Source: an uncultured virus (IMG/VR IMGVR_UViG_3300044640_002305)
Taxonomy: Duplodnaviria; Heunggongvirae; Uroviricota; Caudoviricetes
Virus record (IMG/VR): IMGVR_UViG_3300044640_002305
Strand: one strand, 5' to 3'
DNA length: 37,834 bases
Shown: one piece after another, positions 10,049 to 18,731 of the stretch
Layout of the letters: each line of letters begins with the position of its first letter
Position numbering within the stretch: position 1 is the stretch's first letter
The notes under the pieces: generated by a model
What the model was told of the DNA's origin: nothing
Databases searched by the model: none
What the model saw: only the letters and a program-made list of their open reading frames with translations
Program-made: the position numbers and the translations under genes

Positions 10049-10993
10049 TTACTTTTTTTTAAAATTTTTCAAAACCTCATCTCTAGTAATTTCTTTACGA
10101 GACAGTGATTTTATAACTTCTTCTTTATCTTCTTTTGATAAATTCCTGAAAATTGATTCAATTTTACTTTTAGCAATATTTTGTTCTTCTTCACCTTCTT
10201 TTAAAACTCTTTTTTTTCGATTGTAAGATTCAGGTACAAAAGAATTTTTAACATTCACATCATCAAAATCGTCAATATCTTCTGGTGTTAATTTATATTC
10301 AACTTCTTTACCATTAACATTTGATTCACCACCAGAAATATCATAATGTTTATTTTGTGCCGCCTTTTCTGACCAATAGTCAGTAAGTTTCAAATTAAAT
10401 GGATAACTATCTAATGAACGAAGTTCTAACTTTTCTTCAGGAGTTTTAATATCTTGTTCCAATTTAGAAATTTTAGAAGCTATTGTGTCCATCTTCATTA
10501 TTTGTGACTCAAGATTAGATAGTTTATCAGTTAAAGATTGTAAGAACTGACCATTCTCTTGTCCAACAGTTAAAGCTTGTCTAGCAAATTCTGTTGCTTC
10601 GTCAGATTTTTTGATGATGTCTGTAACATCTACTTCTTCAACATCAGAATCTTCATCTTCTAATTCATCAACAGCACTAAATTCATCTGCGGTACCAAAC
10701 TCATCAGTTTCTTCTTCAGGTTCTTCAGTTGGTTCTTCCGTACCAAAATCATCAGTCCCTTCGGTATCTTCAGGATTGCCTTCATCACCAAAATCAAAAT
10801 CAGTGTTTTCTTCTTCAGTACCAGCATCTTCTTCAGTATCAGTACCTTCTTCATCGTCATCAGCATAATCACCATATTCATTTATAGAATATGTGTGTCT
10901 TCTAACTTCATTTAATTCGTTACCCTTAGACGGGTTGTAACCAAAAAGTTTTTTAAACCTTTCTAAGTCTTCGTTGATTTTAGTTTTTGCCAT
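10049..10993 (-). CDS. Highly acidic coiled-coil hypothetical protein (possible head scaffold/internal protein)
   Basis: Long D/E/T tract, coiled coil LTDKLSNLESQI...ISKLEQDI; function is inference. Confidence 0.75.
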   Translation of the reverse strand: MAKTKINEDLERFKKLFGYNPSKGNELNEVRRHTYSINEYGDYADDDEEGTDTEEDAGTEEENTDFDFGDEGNPEDTEGTDDFGTEEPTEEPEEETDEFGTADEFSAVDELEDEDSDVEEVDVTDIIKKSDEATEFARQALTVGQENGQFLQSLTDKLSNLESQIMKMDTIASKISKLEQDIKTPEEKLELRSLDSYPFNLKLTDYWSEKAAQNKHYDISGGESNVNGKEVEYKLTPEDIDDFDDVNVKNSFVPESYNRKKRVLKEGEEEQNIAKSKIESIFRNLSKEDKEEVIKSLSRKEITRDEVLKNFKKK

Positions 10994-10996
10994 TTC

Positions 10997-11185
10997 TTAA
11001 TATCTTGTATATTCACTAAGTAATTGTCTTCCATCATTAGTGATAATTTTTTTCTGTTCTCTTTGAACTATTTCTTGTGGGTCTTTAATTAAACATTCCT
11101 CACCGTCACAATCATTATCATTATTCTTTAGGAAGTTATTCAGTTTATCCTGAAGTTGTTTTTCTTTTTTTCTATTATCTTCCAT
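10997..11185 (-). CDS. Small hypothetical protein
   Basis: 62 aa; ATATTTAT motif 14 nt upstream; ends 3 nt before next ATG. Confidence 0.7.
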   Translation of the reverse strand: MEDNRKKEKQLQDKLNNFLKNNDNDCDGEECLIKDPQEIVQREQKKIITNDGRQLLSEYTRY

Positions 11186-11199
11186 AACCCTTTTTTCTT

Positions 11200-11207
11200 A
11201 TAAATAT
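11200..11207 (-). promoter_or_regulatory. Putative late-promoter motif ATATTTAT
   Basis: GCATATTTATAAG upstream of ATG 11185. Confidence 0.5.
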
Positions 11208-11211
11208 GCTC

Positions 11212-11616
11212 TTATTCAGTAATCTTCTTCTTTAGTTGTAAAATATCTAATTCATTATTTTTAATTAAAATAATAGAGTTTTCGTATTTTGACCATTCTA
11301 AATTATATTCAGAATAGTTTACATTGCCGGAATTTAGGTTGAATTCTTTTTCGATTAATTTATTTAGAGCATTTATGGTAAAAAATGTTGTACCTTTTTT
11401 ATGTATTTGTATTGTCTTAGGTAATTCTTTTCTAATGTCTATTTTTTGGTCGAATTCTAAAAATATTTTATAAGTTAATAATAAATCTTCTGTGTCTGTT
11501 TCAAAAACAAAAACTGAATTTTTTTTAACACCAAAGGATTTGTATATTTTATATAGGAATTTATCTAGAGATGACGAATTAATAAATGTCGCGACTAATA
11601 ATATCTTCTTTTGCAT
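11212..11616 (-). CDS. Hypothetical protein
   Basis: 134-aa ORF overlapping the upstream gene; motif IHKKGTTFFTINALNKLI. Confidence 0.75.
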   Translation of the reverse strand: MQKKILLVATFINSSSLDKFLYKIYKSFGVKKNSVFVFETDTEDLLLTYKIFLEFDQKIDIRKELPKTIQIHKKGTTFFTINALNKLIEKEFNLNSGNVNYSEYNLEWSKYENSIILIKNNELDILQLKKKITE

Positions 11617-12145
11617 TTAAGTACGGGATATATTTTATATCGATTTTACCTAAATTTTTAGGTAATTCTTCGTATTTTTTTAATGTTATTAATTCTGTAA
11701 TTTTATCCTTTAAATCCCAAGAAATAAAAGACAAAAGACCCATATCTATGTGATGAATTGTTTTACCACAATAAATATAAAGTCTATTCGAATATAAATA
11801 TCCGTCACATCCCGCAACGTTCTCTTTTACATAATTTAAATAATCCTTTTCCGTATTAAAATCTAATGGATTTAAATTATTTATTTTGATTTTACTAGTC
11901 ATATTTTCTAGTGAATCTTCTAAAAAAGTTTTTAAATGTTCTTCAAAAATTTTTCTCTTTTCTCTAGGTGAAAAAGTCCAGTAAGTAGTATCATTAATTA
12001 TATGATTTAAAATAGAAGCACCCTTAGATTTAGCTAAATCCCAACCAACAATTATCTCAATCAAACCATTATCAAAAGACATGATATCGTTCATATATGG
12101 TTTAACCAAATCTATATCGTCTGTTGTAATTTTAATGATGTTCAT
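11579..12145 (-). CDS. Hypothetical protein
   Basis: 188-aa ORF immediately downstream of a -35/-10 promoter. Confidence 0.75.
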   Translation of the reverse strand: MNIIKITTDDIDLVKPYMNDIMSFDNGLIEIIVGWDLAKSKGASILNHIINDTTYWTFSPREKRKIFEEHLKTFLEDSLENMTSKIKINNLNPLDFNTEKDYLNYVKENVAGCDGYLYSNRLYIYCGKTIHHIDMGLLSFISWDLKDKITELITLKKYEELPKNLGKIDIKYIPYLNAKEDIISRDIY

Positions 12146-12151
12146 AAAACA

Positions 12152-12181
12152 ATTATACCAAAAAAATAACTAAGAATAAAC
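12152..12181 (-). promoter_or_regulatory. Sigma70-type promoter GTTTATT-N17-TATAAT (possibly leaderless transcript)
   Basis: -35 TTTATT (12180-12175), 17-nt spacer, TGG-TATAAT (12157-12152); ATG begins 6 nt after the -10. Confidence 0.55.
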
Positions 12182-12185
12182 TATT

Positions 12186-14723
12186 TTAACTCTTATTATC
12201 TTTGATTCTTTTCATTTGTTTTTTAAACCATTCATCATTACTGTTGTGAGCTTTTGTTTGTGTGTCAAAATAAGGGTCTATTTCATTACTAGAACTATTT
12301 AAAGGCCACAATAAAGTCCAACCTAAATCTGTATATTGTTTATAATAAGATTTCATTTGACTAAGTGTAGTATTAGAAACACTTCCCCAACCACGAGTAC
12401 CAGGTAAAATATATAATGTAGCGTTAGGGAATTTTTTTCTAACCAAATCAGTATATGCTTTAATATCTTTCTTGGTACTATCCTTTGTTGGATACCCGTC
12501 ATTAGTACCAATACCTACTTGGAAGAATGATTCTACACTTGTGTAAACATTACCGTCTCCATTAATTTGTTGTTTTAACCAAGAGAGTGTTTTACCACCA
12601 CAGTTATAGTATACGTATATATTATTACTAGTTAAGTTACCGTAAGTACTAGATTTACTCATACCATTAAGGGTCCCAACACTTGAAGAACCAACAATAG
12701 CGTTTTTAGCGTTAGCTAAAGTACCACCACCATTAAGACCAAATTTAACAGAACTACTACAATTTTTTGGTTCTGGTGGTTTTCCTGTACCACCCCCACC
12801 AGTTGGTGTTTTACCACAACTATCAAACACGTTTTGTGCAAAAGCACTTCTTTTTTTCCATTCAGCCTCTGTTTGACAAAATTCACATCTTTCCCATTTT
12901 TGAGCAACATATTTTGCTGCTTTATAAACTGTATCTTCACTTTTAAATTTTTCAAATTTTTTACCACCTTCTGATACAGTTAACCAATATATTAAATAAC
13001 CATAATTAATTTCATCTGTTGCTGGTTTTGTTTTTAAATCAAAACCTTTAGTACTTGCATATTCTATAAAATCATTTTTTAATGTATAGAAAGTCCATTG
13101 TGCCCAACCATAACCTTCTTCATCTTCCCCACCTTTAGAAAATGTAGTTCCATTCCATCCACCAGATTCTGTTATAAGTCCCCTTGGTTTTCTCCCTTTT
13201 CTATCTTGTATTCTATCAGGTATTAAACCTGATTCAGCAATTAAATTACCAATAATACCAGCGGCCTGTGCATCAGTTATACCCAAATCACCCTTAAGTC
13301 TTCCTATAATCTCACAACCTTTAGCGTTTGTATCAACACTATTAAATACTGAAATATCACCACCACTATAATCACCACTATCAGTAGTACTTCCATTACC
13401 ATTAGTATTAGTGGTAGTTGTATCAGTTTGTACTACTTCAACTAAAGCTAAATCAATTAAACTCAAAGCTTCAGTTACAACAGGTACGGTTACTTTGGGT
13501 TGTCTCATACCAGTAAATTCAGTAGTAATTTTATTATTTGTTATTGTATGGCTAACGGCATTAATTAGATAAGTACCTCTAAACATTGGTACGTTTTCTA
13601 ATTTAAAATACATTAAAGGTTGTATTGACATATTACCCAAACCTGAAACCGTACAATTATAAGCCCTTGTTAAATAAACATCATACATGTTATTACCTTT
13701 ACCAATTTGTGATGGGTTTGAGCCACTATTAGGATTTGTTAAGGCATCTATTATTTGTAAAGATTCTTGTGTTTCTTTAAATTCTGTTTGGTCTAACTCT
13801 ATTGAGTTAAAATGATTTTGTGCTTCTTGCCCATATCTAACTTTAAAAACAACTAAACCCTCACCTTCTTTAGTGTATTCAACCGGTAAATCTACTGTAT
13901 TTGTAATATCAAAAGAGTCATCAACATATTCAAAATTACCACCATTAACACTACAAGTATTACTATTGTCTTTTAAATCAGCTAGAGACCTAGAACTACC
14001 CCCAATATGAACACAAACAAATGATGGTCCTGGATGTACCTTATCTATAAATGTTAATGGTCTAAAAATATCTTTTACTTGTTCATTTGTTAATGATACT
14101 GTTGATAAATCAATGTTTGCTGGTAATGGCCAAAAATCAAAATTGTTTTTACTTAATAAACTTGTCAATGACTCATATAGTGATTGTGTTGGCCCTTGTC
14201 CGTTTTTGGTACTAGCTAAATTAGAAAGGTATGAAAAGTCTATAACTGCTTTTTTACCCACGTCTTGATTTGCTCTATTAATAAATTTAAAATGTTCATA
14301 TAACATTCTATCATCTTCTTCACCGTAATTATTAAAGAAATAACCAGAAGATTTATTTACACTATCATAAGAATTAGATACCCATTTATCATAAAATGAT
14401 TTAAATGAACGATATAATGAAAGTTTAACATCTGGGTCACTTGACATGTTATCCTCAATAGAGTTATTATTTGTATTTTGTGTAATTGATTCAATAATTT
14501 TTTTGGAATTGTCTGTCACCGCTTGAATAAACCCATCAACATAAGAACTTAATTCATCCTCAGATATATAAAAATCTTCACCAAAATCTTCGGGGTGAAT
14601 AGCAGAAAAAACTTTAGGTGAAGAAGATATGAGCCTATATTTAGAATCAGTTACAAATAATTCTTCATACAGTTCTTTGTTTTTATCTTTTTTTAATCCT
14701 ACTAATCTTGTGTTATCACTCAT
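12186..14723 (-). CDS. Baseplate hub C-half paralogue C: shared ~430-aa hub region + phage tail lysozyme domain + SGNH-like hydrolase domain
   Basis: Shared N-region with the two upstream paralogues; QAAGIIGNLIAESGL...GYGWAQWT (Phage_lysozyme2-like); IVGSSS...VGIGTNDG...H (SGNH-like blocks). Confidence 0.8.
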   Translation of the reverse strand: MSDNTRLVGLKKDKNKELYEELFVTDSKYRLISSSPKVFSAIHPEDFGEDFYISEDELSSYVDGFIQAVTDNSKKIIESITQNTNNNSIEDNMSSDPDVKLSLYRSFKSFYDKWVSNSYDSVNKSSGYFFNNYGEEDDRMLYEHFKFINRANQDVGKKAVIDFSYLSNLASTKNGQGPTQSLYESLTSLLSKNNFDFWPLPANIDLSTVSLTNEQVKDIFRPLTFIDKVHPGPSFVCVHIGGSSRSLADLKDNSNTCSVNGGNFEYVDDSFDITNTVDLPVEYTKEGEGLVVFKVRYGQEAQNHFNSIELDQTEFKETQESLQIIDALTNPNSGSNPSQIGKGNNMYDVYLTRAYNCTVSGLGNMSIQPLMYFKLENVPMFRGTYLINAVSHTITNNKITTEFTGMRQPKVTVPVVTEALSLIDLALVEVVQTDTTTTNTNGNGSTTDSGDYSGGDISVFNSVDTNAKGCEIIGRLKGDLGITDAQAAGIIGNLIAESGLIPDRIQDRKGRKPRGLITESGGWNGTTFSKGGEDEEGYGWAQWTFYTLKNDFIEYASTKGFDLKTKPATDEINYGYLIYWLTVSEGGKKFEKFKSEDTVYKAAKYVAQKWERCEFCQTEAEWKKRSAFAQNVFDSCGKTPTGGGGTGKPPEPKNCSSSVKFGLNGGGTLANAKNAIVGSSSVGTLNGMSKSSTYGNLTSNNIYVYYNCGGKTLSWLKQQINGDGNVYTSVESFFQVGIGTNDGYPTKDSTKKDIKAYTDLVRKKFPNATLYILPGTRGWGSVSNTTLSQMKSYYKQYTDLGWTLLWPLNSSSNEIDPYFDTQTKAHNSNDEWFKKQMKRIKDNKS
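14638..14723 (-). repeat. 5' direct repeat of paralogue array (copy C)
   Basis: 86 bp identical to 18646-18731; first 44 nt of the CDS identical in all three paralogues. Confidence 0.95.
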
Positions 14724-14762
14724 ATTACTTTATTATTTTTTTAACTAAAACAGATAGTATAA

Positions 14763-16748
14763 TTAAGCTTTTGTATAAGCTAAAAAATATTGTCTTAATT
14801 GTTTTTTAGGGTCTTCTAAATAACCAGTTGCCATTATATTTTTATTATAAATAATTTTTGGTGAAACCCAATTTGCGTATTCTGGGTTTTGGCTTTTTAA
14901 TGTCGGTATTTGTGAATCTGCTCTGTCTGAATAGTTTCCAGAAGATATACTACCTATTGAACCTCTAGTAGCTACTCCAATGTAAGATTTTTCGTCAGTA
15001 CTTTTTTCTATTGTAACTGCCCAACTAACAAAATAATTAGTCCAATCTATATTAATTTCTATTTTTGAAACTTTTACTTTAACACCCTTACTATTTATTT
15101 CTTTTATTACAGTGTTAACACCTTTTCCAGCATAAACTCCACCCTGTGTACCAACTTTAACTCTATTACTAAAATTAGCTGGTACTGCTGATTCAGTAAA
15201 CATATAACCACCAAAATTATCACTTTTTCTAGTATTAAAAGAGTGTAAGGCGTCTCCACCTAAATCTTTAGCCGTATAACATCCTTTTATGATTACTGGG
15301 AAGGACCCATCATTTTTAACACTATTTAAAGAAGTTGTTACACAATCATCAATTCCACTGAATGTTGTTACTGTAGATTCGTCATAATTATTATCAGTTG
15401 TTGTGGTTGTTGTGGTTCCTCCACCTCCAGTGTTATTTAAATTCGTGTCTCCTTGTACTGTTTCAACTAAAGATAAATCTAATATACTCAAAGCTTCGGT
15501 CACAATTGGTACCGTAATTATTGGTTGTCTTGTTGCTGTAAAAGTTGTTTTAGCGTTATGTGGTACGATTGTGTGTGATACATCTGTAATTAGATAAGTA
15601 CCTCTAAACATTGGGATATTTTCTAATTTAAAAAACATTGTGGGTTGTATTTGCATGTTACCCAAAGTCTCAACCTTACAAGTGTAACCTCTAGTTAAGT
15701 TAACATCATATAAATTATTACCCTTACCAATTTGTGTTGGGTCCGAACCACTACTTGGGTTTACCAAAGCGTCAATTACCAAAAGTGAATCTTGTGTTTC
15801 CCTAAACTCAGCTTGGTCTAACTCCACTTTAATAAAGTGGTTTTGGGTTTCTTGTCCGTATCTAACTTTAAAAGCCACAATACCACTTGTTTTATCGTTA
15901 TTAAAATCTTGGGGGTAAGTGGTTGGGTCAAATATGTCAAAAGAATCATCTTTATATTCAAAATTAGTTCCGTTAGTACCACAATAAGACCTAGGTATAT
16001 CTAAACTTCTAGAACTACCACCAATAAACATACACACAAATTTAGGGTTTGCTCTCATTTTAGTTAGTGGACCATCAAAAGCTCTAAACATATCTTCTAA
16101 TTCACTTGTATTTGCGTCTGAATATTTAATATACCCAGGTAATGGTAAGAAATTAAAATTATTTTTACTTAAAACTCCAGTTATAGATTCGTATAGTGAT
16201 TGTGTAGGTCCTTGCCCATTTTTGGTACTAGCTAAATTAGAAAGGTAAGCAAAATCTATAACAGCCTTTTTACCTATGTCAGTACCACATCTATTAACAA
16301 AATTAAAATGTTCGTATAACATTCTTTCGTCAGTTTTTTCTGCTGAATATGCATTATAAAAATAATTAGATGTTTGTTGTTGGTTATATTCTGAACTAGA
16401 AATCCATTTATCGTAAAGAGATTTAAATGAGCGATATAAAGAAAGTTTTAGGTCTGTGTCATTTAAAGCAGAATCAGCTATATTATCGTTATTATCTGTA
16501 TTTTGTGTGATGGAATCAATGATTTTTTGAGAGTTATCGGTCACCGCTTGAATAAATCCATCAATATAAGAACCTAGTTCATCCTCTGAAATATAAAAAT
16601 CTTCTCCAAAATCTTCAGGGTGAATTGCACTAAAAACTTTAGGTGATGAAGAAATTAAACGGTATTTAGAATCAGTTACAAATAATTCTTTGTACAGTTC
16701 ATCATTTTTATCTTTTTTTAATCCTACTAATCTTGTGTTATCACTCAT
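14763..16748 (-). CDS. Baseplate hub C-half paralogue B: shared hub region + uncharacterised C-terminal domain
   Basis: Shared N-region, GGGGTTTTTTT linker, then domain with DALHSFNTRKSDNFGG...YIGVATRGS...RQYFLAYT. Confidence 0.8.
   Translation of the reverse strand: MSDNTRLVGLKKDKNDELYKELFVTDSKYRLISSSPKVFSAIHPEDFGEDFYISEDELGSYIDGFIQAVTDNSQKIIDSITQNTDNNDNIADSALNDTDLKLSLYRSFKSLYDKWISSSEYNQQQTSNYFYNAYSAEKTDERMLYEHFNFVNRCGTDIGKKAVIDFAYLSNLASTKNGQGPTQSLYESITGVLSKNNFNFLPLPGYIKYSDANTSELEDMFRAFDGPLTKMRANPKFVCMFIGGSSRSLDIPRSYCGTNGTNFEYKDDSFDIFDPTTYPQDFNNDKTSGIVAFKVRYGQETQNHFIKVELDQAEFRETQDSLLVIDALVNPSSGSDPTQIGKGNNLYDVNLTRGYTCKVETLGNMQIQPTMFFKLENIPMFRGTYLITDVSHTIVPHNAKTTFTATRQPIITVPIVTEALSILDLSLVETVQGDTNLNNTGGGGTTTTTTTDNNYDESTVTTFSGIDDCVTTSLNSVKNDGSFPVIIKGCYTAKDLGGDALHSFNTRKSDNFGGYMFTESAVPANFSNRVKVGTQGGVYAGKGVNTVIKEINSKGVKVKVSKIEINIDWTNYFVSWAVTIEKSTDEKSYIGVATRGSIGSISSGNYSDRADSQIPTLKSQNPEYANWVSPKIIYNKNIMATGYLEDPKKQLRQYFLAYTKA
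16632..16748 (-). repeat. 5' direct repeat of paralogue array (copy B)
   Basis: First 44 nt identical to A and C; 16632-16690 (59 bp) identical to 18615-18673. Confidence 0.9.
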
Positions 16749-16749
16749 T

Positions 16750-16796
16750 ATTTTTATCTTATTTTTTTAATCCTATTAATTTTTTTTATCACCCAT
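16750..16796 (-). repeat. Degenerate fourth copy of the paralogue 5' end (intergenic relic)
   Basis: Minus strand ATGGGTGATAAAAAAAATTAATAGGATTAAAAAAATAAGATAAAAAT vs CDS start ATGAGTGATAACACAAGATTAGTAGGATTAAAAAAAGATAAAAAT. Confidence 0.7.
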
Positions 16797-16802
16797 AATA
16801 TT

Positions 16803-18731
16803 TTATGTACCATCTATTGACCAGTGCCAAGCCTCACCGTTGTAATTAATAAATCCGTATTTTGAGGCGTTATTAACCAACCAATTAAAACAAACATATT
16901 CGTTTGGTTTTTTAGAAGCACCATTTGCGGCACACCAAGCTGAATCGTGTTTATAACAAATTGTCGACCCATTACAACCAAAATCTATTGCAAATCCACT
17001 TTGGTGTCTTGACCTCCCTGGTGTGGCAGTATCAGGGTCACAATTACCTTTTACATAAACACCTGTTTTATAACACCCATTAGCTTTAGCCGTATTTATT
17101 TGGTCTTCCATTGTTCTAAAGTTACTACCACAAGTTAATGGTACACCATCCGCTTGTGCGGCATTAACCATATTATTTAAATTTTCCGCCATTTTGACGT
17201 TTATAAGTGCACCTTTTACCTTACATAACCTAATTTTAAATAATTTACCACCGGTATAAGCGTCACCAACACCACCATCTGTTATACCGTCTATTTTAGG
17301 GCATTGTTCATTTGAACTATCTCCATAAACAGTATCGTCTATGAATATTTGGTTGGCTGGTAATATTGTAGTTGTAGTTGTGGTTCCTCCACCTCCCCCA
17401 CCAGTGTTACCTAAAGCAGCATCTCCTTGTAGTGTTTCAGCTAGAGCTAGGTCAATCAAACTCAAAGCTTCTGTTACAATAGGTACGGTGACTATTGGTT
17501 GTCTCACACCTTTAAATGTTGTTTCTACATTGTGTGGTTTTATGGAATGACTGACGTTTGTAATTAAATAAGTTCCTTTATACATTGGGACGTTCTCTAA
17601 TTTAAAGACCATCATTGGTTGTATTTGCATGTTACCAAATGTGTTAACAGTACAAGAATAGTTTCTTGTCAAATACATATCATAAATATTATTACCCTTA
17701 CCAATTTGTGTTGGGTCTGAGCCACTACTAGGATTTGTTAAGGCATCAATTACCAAAAGTGATTCTTGAGTTTCTTTAAATTCGGATTGGTCTAGTTCTA
17801 AAGATTTAAAATGATTTTGGGTTTGTTGTCCGTATCTAACTTTAAAAGCTGTTATACCACCATTTTTAATAAAATCTTCTGGGTATGTAGTGGGTTTATC
17901 TATATCAAAGGTATCGTCTACATAATCAAAATTAATACCATTATTACTACATGAAGTTTTTGGTATATCTAATGTCCTAGAATTACCCCCAATAAACATA
18001 CACACAAATCCAGGTTTAGCGGGTATTCTATCTATAGGACTATCGAAAGCTCTAAAAATATTTTCAAGAACTTCATTGCCCCCTGTAGAATACCCAATTA
18101 CGTTTGGCATTGCAAAAAATTCAAAATTGTTTTTTGTTAATAAATTAGTTATAGATTCGTATAGGGATTGTGTTGGCCCTTGTCCGTTTTTGGTACTAGC
18201 TAAATTAGAAAGGTATGAAAAATCTATAACTGCTTTTTTACCCACATCACCATTACCTCTATTAACAAAACTAAAATGTTCATATAACATCCTTGTTTCA
18301 GATGGACTACTACTACCATAGTTATTATAGAAATAACCTGAAGTATTACCCGAAGTACTATCTGAACCAATTACAGAACAAGAAATCCATTTATCGTAAA
18401 GTGATTTAAATGAACGATATAAAGAAAGTTTTAGGTCTGTGTCATTTAAAGCGGAATCAGCTATATTATCGTTATTATCCGTATTTTGTGTAATTGACTC
18501 AATAATTTTTTTGGAATTGTCTGACACCGCTTGAATAAATCCGTCGACGTATGAACTTAATTCATCCTCAGATATATAAAATTCTTCATTAAAATCATCA
18601 GGATGTATGGCAGAAAAAACTTTAGGTGATGAAGAAATTAAACGGTATTTAGAATCAGTTACAAATAATTCTTCATACAGTTCTTTGTTTTTATCTTTTT
18701 TTAATCCTACTAATCTTGTGTTATCACTCAT
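16803..18731 (-). CDS. Baseplate hub C-half paralogue A: shared hub region + M15 (VanY-like) zinc peptidase domain
   Basis: Shared N-region; FRTMEDQ, SRHQSGFAID (SxHxxGxAxD) and EAWHW (ExWH) motifs; start overlaps upstream stop (TAATG). Confidence 0.85.
   Translation of the reverse strand: MSDNTRLVGLKKDKNKELYEELFVTDSKYRLISSSPKVFSAIHPDDFNEEFYISEDELSSYVDGFIQAVSDNSKKIIESITQNTDNNDNIADSALNDTDLKLSLYRSFKSLYDKWISCSVIGSDSTSGNTSGYFYNNYGSSSPSETRMLYEHFSFVNRGNGDVGKKAVIDFSYLSNLASTKNGQGPTQSLYESITNLLTKNNFEFFAMPNVIGYSTGGNEVLENIFRAFDSPIDRIPAKPGFVCMFIGGNSRTLDIPKTSCSNNGINFDYVDDTFDIDKPTTYPEDFIKNGGITAFKVRYGQQTQNHFKSLELDQSEFKETQESLLVIDALTNPSSGSDPTQIGKGNNIYDMYLTRNYSCTVNTFGNMQIQPMMVFKLENVPMYKGTYLITNVSHSIKPHNVETTFKGVRQPIVTVPIVTEALSLIDLALAETLQGDAALGNTGGGGGGTTTTTTILPANQIFIDDTVYGDSSNEQCPKIDGITDGGVGDAYTGGKLFKIRLCKVKGALINVKMAENLNNMVNAAQADGVPLTCGSNFRTMEDQINTAKANGCYKTGVYVKGNCDPDTATPGRSRHQSGFAIDFGCNGSTICYKHDSAWCAANGASKKPNEYVCFNWLVNNASKYGFINYNGEAWHWSIDGT
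18646..18731 (-). repeat. 5' direct repeat of paralogue array (copy A)
   Basis: 86 bp identical to 14638-14723. Confidence 0.95.

Noticed and set aside
12186..18731. Diversity-generating retroelement or invertase shufflon explanation for the repeats
   Set aside because: No reverse transcriptase or site-specific recombinase in the window, differences are not adenine-restricted, and repeats are direct, not inverted
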